Assembly: GCA_045602145.1 (NCBI GenBank)
Contig: JAZSAY010000046.1
Coordinates: 20,329-84,328 of the forward strand
Source of the DNA: Tidjanibacter sp.
GTDB lineage: Bacteria > Bacteroidota > Bacteroidia > Bacteroidales > Rikenellaceae
Reading direction: 5' to 3'
DNA: 64,000 nt
Under the pieces are notes generated by a model. That model saw only the letters and a list, made by a program, of their open reading frames with translations, searched no databases and was not told where the DNA came from. Below, piece after piece: positions 17,118 to 26,576 of this stretch (the first letter of the stretch is position 1; each line of letters opens with the position of its first letter). Both the position numbers and the translations under genes were made by a program.

Positions 17118-18670
17118 TATTTTATAGGTCTAACAGTAGTAGTTCCCGATACCCAACCGCAGTTTACGGTGTAGTTGTCGCCCTCCTGCATACCGCGGAA
17201 GAAGCAATCCGACTGTTTGGGGAAGTAGTTGCGGTAGGTGTTGAGCAGGGTGTTGCAAACCTCCTGCTGGGTCTCGTTGCCCTCGGAGAGGGTGCGAGCC
17301 TTAGCTACCAAGTCGTAAGCCAGCCAGAATACGGTCTGTTTGTCGAAGCCCTCGCAAGTGGAGCCATCAACATAAGACTGTGCCAAGCAGAGGTAAGCCG
17401 AAGCGCTCTCGGGGTTGAACTCGATTGCCTTCTTAGCCCAAGTAGCAGCCTCGCGAGGAGCATTAGCCGAAAGCTCGGTATTGGAAATCTGGATGCAGAG
17501 GTTTGCTTTGGTCTCGGGGTTCTCCTCAATATCTACTGCCGAACGGAGGTACTCCAACGCTTTGTCGAACTGTTTGTTAGCCTCGAAAGCACGGCTGAGC
17601 AACTGTGCAGTAAGGGTCGAGGGGCTCTGTGCATAATACTTCTCACCCACCATCAGGAAGAACTCGCTCTGGCAGTTGTTACGAGCCATAAGTTTGAATG
17701 CCTTCTCAATCTGCACTGCGTCGTCGGGGTTCTTAGCCAAACGGTCGCCGAAAATGGTTTCGAGGTTCTGGCAGTCAGCCGCACCCGAAGAGATCAGCAG
17801 AGCGTCGAAAGTGGTCTTAGCCTCGGCGTCGGTCACCTGATCCATCTTCGAAGCCATAAACTCATACTCACTCATAAAGTGGTCGGTCTCCACGTTCAGT
17901 GCGTTATACTCCTCAACAAGCACGGTGAAGTACTGATTGATGAAGGTTGCGTCCACCTCTGGGTCCTTCTCGATGGCCGTACGGAAGAGTTGGAGCATAC
18001 CCTGCTTATCCTCAGAGCGGTATTTGTAGTAATCTTTGGCTTTGTTTTTCAGGATGTAAACCTCGCCATACTTCTCGTCATCCGAGAAAGCCTGCAAGCG
18101 CAAATCCCAAAGGTTCATCAGTGACTCGATGTGACCCACCTTCTCGTCCATACTCTTCGAGCGAGCAATTTTGCTACGAAGGATGTTAGCACCGTTCGAG
18201 TAGACACTACTACGAGCCTTGGGGCAGTTCTGAATCAGAGTGTACATATACTCCAATGCCTTGTCGTAATCTTTGTTGTTGTATGCATCGGTGAAGAAGT
18301 TGAAGATACGCACGTTCTCCTCCCTCTGGGCTGCGGTAGCATTCTCGCCCCACTCGGGACCAAAGGTTGTTGCGGGTTTCTGCTCCTCAACTACGCCATT
18401 CTTGGCAGCAGCAGCCTTCTGAGCAGCAATAATTTTTGCAATTTTCTCCTCCTCAGCCTTGCGAGCCTTCTCAGCCTTCTCGGCAGCCTTGCGAGCCTTC
18501 TCAGCCTCTTTGGCAGCCTTCTTCTCGGCTTTCTCGCGAGCTTTGCGCTGTGCGGGGGTCTCCTCAATCTGCTCGGTCTGCTGGCTCTGAGCCAAAACCG
18601 ACACGGTGTTCATAGTGCCTGCTACTACGAGCGACAGCACAACCATCGATTTGATTACAATCTTTTTCAT
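17117..18670 (-). CDS. Exported TPR-repeat protein
   Basis: Signal peptide, EKA-rich linker, helical repeats, C-terminal YTVNCGWVSGTTTVR. Confidence 0.75.
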   Translation of the reverse strand: MKKIVIKSMVVLSLVVAGTMNTVSVLAQSQQTEQIEETPAQRKAREKAEKKAAKEAEKARKAAEKAEKARKAEEEKIAKIIAAQKAAAAKNGVVEEQKPATTFGPEWGENATAAQREENVRIFNFFTDAYNNKDYDKALEYMYTLIQNCPKARSSVYSNGANILRSKIARSKSMDEKVGHIESLMNLWDLRLQAFSDDEKYGEVYILKNKAKDYYKYRSEDKQGMLQLFRTAIEKDPEVDATFINQYFTVLVEEYNALNVETDHFMSEYEFMASKMDQVTDAEAKTTFDALLISSGAADCQNLETIFGDRLAKNPDDAVQIEKAFKLMARNNCQSEFFLMVGEKYYAQSPSTLTAQLLSRAFEANKQFDKALEYLRSAVDIEENPETKANLCIQISNTELSANAPREAATWAKKAIEFNPESASAYLCLAQSYVDGSTCEGFDKQTVFWLAYDLVAKARTLSEGNETQQEVCNTLLNTYRNYFPKQSDCFFRGMQEGDNYTVNCGWVSGTTTVRPIK

Positions 18671-18728
18671 TGGTGTTTAGGTATTCTTGTTTGTTTTATA
18701 TGTAATTTGTTTTGTTGTTCTTTCTTCC

Positions 18729-18878
18729 TTCCGCTTTTTGTAAAAAGCGGAACCAAAAACTTTTAGTGCAACCAACGCCTTGCAGTTCTATCCACCGCTT
18801 TGCTTCGGAGCCACCTACACAAGAGCGTCACTCTGACGCCTTTTTGTAAAAAGTCGCCCAAAAACTTTTAGTGTAACC
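18729..18878. repeat. Repeat mosaic: two TTTTTGTAAAAAG..CAAAAACTTTTAGTG units flanking an inverted GCGTCA-NNN-TGACGC mini-hairpin
   Basis: Direct repeats at about 18735 and 18841; AGCGTCACTCTGACGCC near 18825-18840. Confidence 0.65.
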
Positions 18879-18963
18879 CTTGCTCTGCTCCAATGGGAGT
18901 AATGAGAGATATGGGAGATATGTGATTATTTCAACTCTCAATTCTCAACTCCGCGAATGGGTT

Positions 18964-19092
18964 TTGTGGAGGGATTTTTGTGCCAAACAAGCGAGCAACT
19001 CCGCAGTTTGCTCAGCGCAAATGAGGAAGTTGCGATGCGCAGTTTGGTGCAAAAAGCACCCACAAGGTACACTCGCCAGCGAGATGTGCTTG
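18964..19092. repeat. Family A structured repeat, copy 2
   Basis: GGAGGGATTTTTGTGCCAAAC...GCAACT-CCGCAG-TTTGC-TCAGC-GCAAA-TGAGGA-AGTTGC...GTTTGGTGCAAAAAGCACCC; ends at the OMP stop codon. Confidence 0.8.
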
Positions 19093-20397
19093 TTAGTCGT
19101 ATTTGGCTTTCACAAACCAATAATCCTCTCCAAACAGGCTGAAACCTATGGTAAATTTCAAGTAGTTCTCCTTGGAGAGTCCTGCCTTGGTGGTACCCCT
19201 TTGTCCCAACTCCAAGCCGAGGTTGACGTTCGACAGACCCGTCATTCGCAGAGGTATGCCCAGACCAAAGGTTAGTGCCACATCACTGATGGGTTGGTTG
19301 TTGAGAACCATATAGTATTCGCTCCAACGCACACCTGCACGATATGTGAAGCGGTTGAAAGCGTTACGTACGTCGCCAGGGTTGGGGGTGTACTGACCTC
19401 CCACGCGCACGGTGTTGGTATTGCGGAACGAGAGGTTTTCGGTAACATCCTGCTTGTTGCGCGAGCCCCAATCGGCAAACTCGTAATCTGCGCCGAGGCT
19501 ATACTTGGGAGTGTGGTAGAAAACGCCCACTGCATACACCGAGGGCATCGAGAATGTCGAGGTGTAGGTCACATCGTCGGCATACTCTCCGGGCAGCAGG
19601 GTGCTGTTTACGGGTATGCTCCTATGAATCTCGCTACCCAACTTACCGCCCAGCTGGTAGGTTGCACCAACGGTCATAACCCTATCCTCTGTGGCGAGAG
19701 GTGTCCACTGCAAGCCGAAACGGGCGTAGAAACTGTTGACCCTCTCCAACTCCGTACCATTGACCGAGTAGTAGGAGCCGTTGCCCGTAATTGTTGTAGG
19801 CTGTGCCGCAAAGTTGCGCTCGATACTTCCGTGGAGGTAGATCAGGTCGGCGCCGAGCGAAAAGTTCTTAAAGAGCTCATAACCCACACCAGCCTTGAAC
19901 TGTGTAACATCGCCCGAGCCCGAGTAAGTGTAGAACATCTGACCGATGCCTGCCTGCACGTCTGGATTGGGATCGTAGTAGTTGACATTGTAGCCCACCG
20001 AACTAAGGGGCATAACGCTCACTGCGGCACCCATCCTCTTTGCCATAGGGAACGACATCGAGATGTCGCGGATGTTGAAAGTGTTGAACGAGGTCTTGGC
20101 GTCGGTGGTGCGAGCGTAGAAGTTCTGACCCTCCATATCGAAGTTCGAGAGGAAAGAGTTGTTCCTCACGGAGCTGTACGATGCAGGGTTGATAGTGTTG
20201 ACATAGAGATAGTTGCGGAAGCCGACACCTGCGCCACCCATAGCCCTGAGCACCGCATTACCCTCGTTGTGGAGGTCGCCAATGCCGTAGAATGTGTAGG
20301 GCGAGTAGGTATTAAGGCTACTACTCTGCGCCACAATGGGGGTTGTGCCACACAGCACAGCCACCGCAAGAATCACTATCTTATCTCTGAGTCTCAT
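19093..20397 (-). CDS. FadL/PorV-like outer-membrane beta-barrel (possible BamG-type BAM accessory protein)
   Basis: Signal peptide; YSPYTFYGIG, AMGGAG and NPAS N-terminal plug motifs; amphipathic strands; C-terminal WFVKAKYD. Start reassigned to ATG 20397. Confidence 0.75.
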   Translation of the reverse strand: MRLRDKIVILAVAVLCGTTPIVAQSSSLNTYSPYTFYGIGDLHNEGNAVLRAMGGAGVGFRNYLYVNTINPASYSSVRNNSFLSNFDMEGQNFYARTTDAKTSFNTFNIRDISMSFPMAKRMGAAVSVMPLSSVGYNVNYYDPNPDVQAGIGQMFYTYSGSGDVTQFKAGVGYELFKNFSLGADLIYLHGSIERNFAAQPTTITGNGSYYSVNGTELERVNSFYARFGLQWTPLATEDRVMTVGATYQLGGKLGSEIHRSIPVNSTLLPGEYADDVTYTSTFSMPSVYAVGVFYHTPKYSLGADYEFADWGSRNKQDVTENLSFRNTNTVRVGGQYTPNPGDVRNAFNRFTYRAGVRWSEYYMVLNNQPISDVALTFGLGIPLRMTGLSNVNLGLELGQRGTTKAGLSKENYLKFTIGFSLFGEDYWFVKAKYD

Positions 20398-20531
20398 TCT
20401 TTCTCTCTTTGCTTTTCTTTGCCACTCATAGACAAAGTCTATGATACATTTTGCAAATATCGTGTTTTTAAATCTCTTTTCAAAGTATTTTGCTCTCTTG
20501 GGCAACATTTTTACCATTTTTGGTTGTGGTG

Positions 20532-23500
20532 CTACTTGCGTGTCGCCTGTTTTTCGCTCTCCAAGGCTGCCGCAATGTCGTCGAGCACCCTGCAACCCTC
20601 GGCAAGGGAGTCTACATTTCTAACGGTCATATAGACCTTATTGTTGTTCTGTTTGAGAACAAATCTGTCGGCGTGGGCGGCTATGTGGCGCAGTATACCA
20701 CCGAAGAGCGAGCTCTTGTAGTAGAGGCTTCTGCCGTCCGAGGGGAACCAGAGGAGCATAAGTCCGTTTTTGACCTTCGCACGCTCAATGCCCAGAGCCA
20801 CTGCCCTCCACCTAAGGCGCACAATATCCACCAGCGCCCGAGCTTGCTCGGGGAGCTTGCCGAAGCGGTCCTCCAACTCTGCCACAAAGCGGCTCATATC
20901 CTCCTCGCGGGTGATGCCGTCCAGACGGCGATAGAGTTGCAACTTCTCGCTCGCCTCTCCAACGTACCTATCGGGCAGCAGCGCTACTTGGTCGGTATCG
21001 ACCTGACAGTCCGTAACATAGCGCATCGTATCGGGTAGCGCCACCTCCTCTCGTTCGGTGGAGAGAATATCGTCAAGACCCTCGGCACCTTCGGTGCGCA
21101 GCTCTGTTATAGCCTCGTCGAGGATTTTCTGATAGGTCTCGAAGCCCATATCGGCGATAAATCCGCTCTGCTCGGCACCCAGGAGGTTACCCGCGCCGCG
21201 GATATCCAAATCCTGCATTGCGATATTGAATCCCGAGCCCAAGTCGGAGAACTCCTCGATAGCCCTCAGCCTGCGCCTTGCGTCGCCCGTAAGGAGCTCG
21301 TCGGGGGGCGAGAGCAGGTAGCAAAAACTCTTCCTGTCGCTCCTGCCCACCCTACCTCGGAGTTGGTGCAACTCGCTCAGTCCGAAGCGGTGAGCGTTGT
21401 TGATGATGATGGTATTTGCGTTAGGAATATCTATGCCGTTTTCGATGATGGTCGTTGCCACCAGCACATCGTACTCGCCATAGATGAAGTCCATAATGAG
21501 CCTTTCGAGCTGCTGCGAGGGCATCTGTCCGTGTCCTACCACCACTCTTGCCGTGGGGCGCAGTCGCTGCACAAGGGCTGCAATGCGGTCTATATCTTCC
21601 ACCCTATTATGGAGAAAATAGACCTGACCTCCCCTATCCAGCTCAAAGTCCAGAGCCTCTTGGATAATAGCCTCGTCGAAGGTATGGCTCTCTGTGACAA
21701 TAGGTTGACGATTGGGCGGAGGGGTGGAGATGACCGACAAGTCGCGAGCTCCCATCAGCGAGAATTGGAGCGTGCGGGGGATGGGCGTTGCCGTCAGAGT
21801 GAGCGTATCGACACCCACACTGAGGGTGCGCAGTTTCTCCTTGGCTGCCACGCCAAACTTCTGCTCCTCGTCAATGATGAGCAGTCCCAAGTCCTTGAAT
21901 TTAACCTCCTTACCGAGTAGTTTATGGGTACCCACAATGACATCTATCTTACCCTCGGCGAGGTCCGCGAGAATCTGTTTTGTATCCTTCGACGAGCGGG
22001 TGCGCGAGAGGTAATCAACCCTTACGGGCAGTCCCCTCATACGCTCGGCAAAGGTGCGGTAGTGTTGGAGCGAGAGGATGGTCGTGGGCACCAGCACCGC
22101 CACCTGCTTGCTGTCGCAAGCCGCCTTGAATGCCGCCCTAATTGCCACCTCAGTCTTACCGAAGCCCACATCGCCACACACGAGTCTATCCATAGGCTCG
22201 CGCGACTCCATATCCGTCTTTATCAGCTCAATAGCTTTCTGTTGATCGGGGGTCTCCTCCCAGGGGAACGAGCTCTCCATTTCGTATTGCAGATAGCTGT
22301 CGGGCGAGAAGGCGTAGCCGCCGCTTGCCTTGCGCTCGGCATAGAGTCTGATGAGTGAGCGGGCGATATCCTTGACCGCCTTTTTGGTCGCCTCCTTGAC
22401 CTTCTGCCAAGCCCCCGAGCCGAGGCGATAGACACGAGGTGGTGCATCGCTATCCTTGCTCTTGTATCGCGATATGCGGTGGAGCGAGTGCACATTCACC
22501 AAGAGCACATCGCCCTCCTTGTAGACAATTTTTACCGACTCCTGCTCCTTGCCGTTCTCCACCGAGCGCAGCAGACCGCCAAACTGACCCACGCCGTGGT
22601 CTATGTGGACTACATAGTCGCCAATTTTCAGTCGGTTGAGTTCGGCTATCGTAAGGCTCTCCTTGTGGTCAATTTCGCCACGCAGCGAGTAGCGGTGATA
22701 GCGGTCGAAAATCTGATGGTCGGTGTAGAGGCTAACCCTCAGTGTCCTATCCGTAAAACCCTCGTGGAGAGTCATTTTGAGCGTCTTAAAGGGTGCTTTG
22801 CGGTGGGTGGCTGCAAGCAGATTTTCGAGCCTTTCGCTCTGCGCCCTATTCTCCGTGAGGAAGTAGGTGGTATAGCCCTGCAAAGCCCTCGCCTCGATAT
22901 CCTCGGCAAGCAGGTCGTACTGTCGATTTATTGCCGCCTGAGGCACCGTATTGAACGCCACCTGAGCCTCCGAAGGTCGCTTGGCACTCGCCTTGCGGAG
23001 TACCATCCTCTTCCCTTCGGTATCGCCCATAAAAGCCTTAGCCGAGGTCACCCTTCGGGCATCTTCGGCTGGCGACTCGCTCTCCGAGAGGAGTTTGCGG
23101 CGCTCCTCGTCGAGCCTTGCAAGCGTGTGGTCCAAGTTCTCCATCCACCACACCACATCGCCCGCATAACTCGCCACCGAAACCTTCGTGCTGCTCTCAA
23201 AATTTTTCAGATTGGGAAGTATCCTCACCCTCTCCAATCGTTCGGTGGATAGTTGCGAGGAGAGTTCGAAGCGCCTTAGGCTATCTACCTCATCGCCAAA
23301 GAAATCCACCCTAAAAGGCTTATTCTCCGAGTAAGAAAATATGTCGAAAATACCGCCACGCATCGAGTACTGACCGGGCTCGTGGACAAAATCGACCCTT
23401 TCGAAGCCTGCCTCCTCAACGCGGTTCTGCAAGCTCTCCATCGAGAGTCTGTCGCCCACGCCGATCTCCACCACAGCCTCCGTGACGCTCTCTGCCGAGA

Positions 23501-23912
23501 CCACATTCTCGAAGAGCGCCTCAGGGTAGGTGCAGACTACCAAGTAACCCGAGCGGTGGTTGCGTACCGCCTCCAAAGCCGCCGTGCGTTGTACCACGCC
23601 CGAAGGGTCCTCGCCACCATACCTTATGGAGCGTTTATAGCTCGAAGGCAGGAACATAACCCTCTCGGGCTCCAAGAGCGAGTAGAGATCGCCCGCAAGA
23701 TATGCCGCCGAGTCCCTATCTGCCGACACGCACAGGTGCACACCGCCATTTTTTTGCGCCACAGCAGCCAGATATAGAGCAAAAGCCGAACCCGCCAGAG
23801 AGGAAATCTCTGTCACGGTTCGGCTCTCAATCTTCTCTGCCAACTCTTTGAGTGCAGAGGTGCGCAAGGCACGCTGAACAATCTCCCGTATGGTAGTATT
23901 CTCGTTTTTCAA
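20532..23912 (-). CDS. mfd: Transcription-repair coupling factor
   Basis: YVVHIDHGVG, MDRLVCGDVGFGKTE, DEEQKFG, TATPIPRTL, QLRGRVGRS and TRCF C-terminus. Confidence 0.97.
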   Translation of the reverse strand: MKNENTTIREIVQRALRTSALKELAEKIESRTVTEISSLAGSAFALYLAAVAQKNGGVHLCVSADRDSAAYLAGDLYSLLEPERVMFLPSSYKRSIRYGGEDPSGVVQRTAALEAVRNHRSGYLVVCTYPEALFENVVSAESVTEAVVEIGVGDRLSMESLQNRVEEAGFERVDFVHEPGQYSMRGGIFDIFSYSENKPFRVDFFGDEVDSLRRFELSSQLSTERLERVRILPNLKNFESSTKVSVASYAGDVVWWMENLDHTLARLDEERRKLLSESESPAEDARRVTSAKAFMGDTEGKRMVLRKASAKRPSEAQVAFNTVPQAAINRQYDLLAEDIEARALQGYTTYFLTENRAQSERLENLLAATHRKAPFKTLKMTLHEGFTDRTLRVSLYTDHQIFDRYHRYSLRGEIDHKESLTIAELNRLKIGDYVVHIDHGVGQFGGLLRSVENGKEQESVKIVYKEGDVLLVNVHSLHRISRYKSKDSDAPPRVYRLGSGAWQKVKEATKKAVKDIARSLIRLYAERKASGGYAFSPDSYLQYEMESSFPWEETPDQQKAIELIKTDMESREPMDRLVCGDVGFGKTEVAIRAAFKAACDSKQVAVLVPTTILSLQHYRTFAERMRGLPVRVDYLSRTRSSKDTKQILADLAEGKIDVIVGTHKLLGKEVKFKDLGLLIIDEEQKFGVAAKEKLRTLSVGVDTLTLTATPIPRTLQFSLMGARDLSVISTPPPNRQPIVTESHTFDEAIIQEALDFELDRGGQVYFLHNRVEDIDRIAALVQRLRPTARVVVGHGQMPSQQLERLIMDFIYGEYDVLVATTIIENGIDIPNANTIIINNAHRFGLSELHQLRGRVGRSDRKSFCYLLSPPDELLTGDARRRLRAIEEFSDLGSGFNIAMQDLDIRGAGNLLGAEQSGFIADMGFETYQKILDEAITELRTEGAEGLDDILSTEREEVALPDTMRYVTDCQVDTDQVALLPDRYVGEASEKLQLYRRLDGITREEDMSRFVAELEDRFGKLPEQARALVDIVRLRWRAVALGIERAKVKNGLMLLWFPSDGRSLYYKSSLFGGILRHIAAHADRFVLKQNNNKVYMTVRNVDSLAEGCRVLDDIAAALESEKQATRK

Positions 23913-23928
23913 TAGTCTTGCCTGTCAA

Positions 23929-25476
23929 CTATTTGAGTTCTTGGCGTTTCTTATCCACCAACTTAAATTCTATCATACCCATCGATTGGTCTACAAGCAG
24001 TTTTATACGGCACAAGTAGCGGCGACACCACTTACGCCTAATGCTCCACAGACCACCCTTTTTGAGGTAGGCAGCCAAAATGGGATTGACCACAATCCCC
24101 AATCGGCGTTTGCGTTTCTCGATGGCATAGTAAGCAATCTGATTCTCAATCTGCTTGTCGATAAGTATCGAGGGCGAGATTTTACCCGTACCACCACACG
24201 TCGGGCAGGTCTCCTCCGCCTTGCTGATAGCCTCGGGGCGCACCCTCTGGCGGGTAATCTGCATAAGTCCGAACTTCGTAAGGGGCAGAATGGTGTGCTT
24301 TGCCTTGTCGGTAGCCATCAGTTTCTGCATCTCCTCGTAGAGTCTTTGGCGGTTCTCTGCCTTATGAAGGTCGATGAAGTCGATAATCACAATACCGCCC
24401 ATATCGCGCAAGCGCAACTGACGGGCGATTTCGGCTGCTGCCGAGAGGTTTACATCCATAGCCGTACTCTCCTGGTCGTCTGCCACCTTGGCACGGTTGC
24501 CACTATTGACATCGATGACGTGCAGAGCCTCGGTATGCTCAATGATGAGGTAGGCACCCCTTTTGAGCGACACATACTTGGCAAAGAGAGATTTAATCTG
24601 GCGCGAGATGTCAAAGTTGTCGAAGATGGGCTGGGAGCCCTTATAGAGTTTGACAATTTTGAGTTTCTCGGGCGCAATGACCTTCACATACTCCTTAATC
24701 TCGTTGTAGATAGCCTCGTCGTTGACGTGTATGGCGTTGAATGAGGAGTTCAGCGAGTCGCGTATGATGGTGTTTGCTCGGCTCATCTCACTGAGGAGCT
24801 GAACAGGTGGCACCTTGGTCTTTATTCCTTCGAGGGCACTCTCCCAGCGCTTAATCAGCGAGAGGATATCCTGCTCGATATCGACATCGCTCTTGCCCTG
24901 CGCTGCGGTGCGGATAATCACGCCATAGTTTTTGGGCAACACCTTGTCGCAGATGCGTTTGAGGCGTTTTTTCTCCTCGTTGGAACGGATTTTTTGGGAT
25001 ATGGATATTTTGTTTGTAAAGGGAATGAGTACTACGTTGCGACCCGCGAGAGAGATGTCCGAGGTAAGTCTGGGACCTTTGGTCGAGATTGCCTCCTTGG
25101 CAATCTGCACCATAATGGGCTGTCCGCCCGCAATGTAACTCGCCAATTTACCCGTTTTACCCAGGGGCTGGTCGAGTTTGAGGCTCTCAATTCGCACGTT
25201 TTTCTTCTTTGTCGAGAGGTTCGCCACGAGTTTGTGGAGTGTGGTGAACTGCGGTCCGAGATCGAGGAAATGAATGAAAGCGTCCCTCTCGTGACCGATA
25301 TTGACAAACGCGGCATTCAATCCGGGCATAATCTTGCGAACCTTGCCCAGATAGATGTCGCCCACCGCAAAACCACTCTTACAGCTCTCCTTGTCCAATT
25401 CCACGAGTTGTTTATCCTCGACAAGGGCTATGGTTACCTCGGTGGGTGTTACGTTGATGATAAGTTCTCTGTTCAT
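23929..25476 (-). CDS. rng: Ribonuclease E/G family
   Basis: S1 domain GDIYLGKV..MPGLNAAFV; IDVNSG; RLRDMGGIVIIDFID; CPTC.GTG. Confidence 0.93.
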   Translation of the reverse strand: MNRELIINVTPTEVTIALVEDKQLVELDKESCKSGFAVGDIYLGKVRKIMPGLNAAFVNIGHERDAFIHFLDLGPQFTTLHKLVANLSTKKKNVRIESLKLDQPLGKTGKLASYIAGGQPIMVQIAKEAISTKGPRLTSDISLAGRNVVLIPFTNKISISQKIRSNEEKKRLKRICDKVLPKNYGVIIRTAAQGKSDVDIEQDILSLIKRWESALEGIKTKVPPVQLLSEMSRANTIIRDSLNSSFNAIHVNDEAIYNEIKEYVKVIAPEKLKIVKLYKGSQPIFDNFDISRQIKSLFAKYVSLKRGAYLIIEHTEALHVIDVNSGNRAKVADDQESTAMDVNLSAAAEIARQLRLRDMGGIVIIDFIDLHKAENRQRLYEEMQKLMATDKAKHTILPLTKFGLMQITRQRVRPEAISKAEETCPTCGGTGKISPSILIDKQIENQIAYYAIEKRKRRLGIVVNPILAAYLKKGGLWSIRRKWCRRYLCRIKLLVDQSMGMIEFKLVDKKRQELK

Positions 25477-25705
25477 ATCTTTTTCTTGTATGAGTGCATT
25501 TTTTCTACCATCAGTGGCAGAAAGGAAGTTGTCGGGGCCTCTTCAAGCAGAGCCATAGTCCTCGGAAGTGCCTAAAAGTCACCACCCCATCGCCTTACGA
25601 CTCCGCACAACCTACTGCGAGAAATGCCCCTTCACGAAAAAATAAAGCCAAAAGCCCGCAAAGGCTTTTGTGCTCTATTTTTTCTATTAAAGGTACAACA
25701 ACAAA

Positions 25706-25801
25706 CTATTTTTTGTTGTGTTTGTGGCGATTCTTGCGCAGACGTTTTTTACGTTTGTGGGTCGCCATTTTGGGACCTTTCCTCTTTTTACCGTTAGGCA
25801 T
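25706..25801 (-). CDS. Small ribosomal protein bS22 / AURKAIP1-COX24-like (31 aa), not in the ORF track
   Basis: MPNGKKRKGPKMATHKRKKRLRKNRHKHNKK*, between HU and rng, followed by a hairpin near 25647-25684. Confidence 0.85.
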   Translation of the reverse strand: MPNGKKRKGPKMATHKRKKRLRKNRHKHNKK

Positions 25802-25848
25802 AGTTCTTAATTTTTAGTTTGGTTTATAAAAAATCGTTTACTACTCGC

Positions 25849-26121
25849 TTATTTTACCTTGCTTGCGAAGCTCTTTGCGGGCTTGAAAGCGGGAATGTTG
25901 TGTGCGGGAATAGTAATAGTGGTGCCTTTCGAGATGTTGCGAGCAACTTTCTGAGCGCGCTCCTTGATGATGAAGCTACCAAAACCCCTGAGGTAAACGG
26001 GCTCGTTCTCAATCAAAGAACCTTTAACATTCTCCATAAAAGCCTCAACAACCTGCTGTACGAGTGCTTTCTCTACGCCGGTCTCTTTGGCGATGTTGTT
26101 TACGATATCTGCCTTAGTCAT
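25849..26121 (-). CDS. HU/IHF-family DNA-binding protein
   Basis: MTKADIV...VYLRGFGSF...ARNISKGTTITIPA..PAFKP. Confidence 0.95.
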   Translation of the reverse strand: MTKADIVNNIAKETGVEKALVQQVVEAFMENVKGSLIENEPVYLRGFGSFIIKERAQKVARNISKGTTITIPAHNIPAFKPAKSFASKVK

Positions 26122-26576
26122 AACTTTATTTGTTTTAATTAGTTTATGAAAATAATCTCATTTTGTACCTTCCGATTCGACCCCAGAACACACAAGGGTT
26201 TCAAATCGGAGTGCAAATATACGGTATTATTTGGTTAATTTACAACTCAGTAGCGATTTTTTTGAATTTTTTTTCTCGGAGTGCTCCACACACGCCCTGC
26301 GAGCCTACCTAACAAGACCGCACTTCATTACAAGACTCTCATTTCTATCGCCATACAGAAAGGCAACTATCGTGCCCACAGCTGCATCTGAGCAATACAA
26401 CATCGTTTTATTTATAAAATAAAGGTAAAAAATTTTGTCATTCGATTAAAAAAACCTATTTTTGGGGGAAACTACGCTCACATTTAAGCGAGATTTTACC
26501 ACCACACATCGGCAAAATCCCCCTAAAAAAGCGCAAACAACTCAAATAAATAACTAACAATTAACTATTTACATCT

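Noticed and set aside
25477-25700. Riboswitch in the long rng leader
   Set aside because: Only a terminator-like hairpin after the bS22-like gene was recognisable; no known aptamer motif seen.
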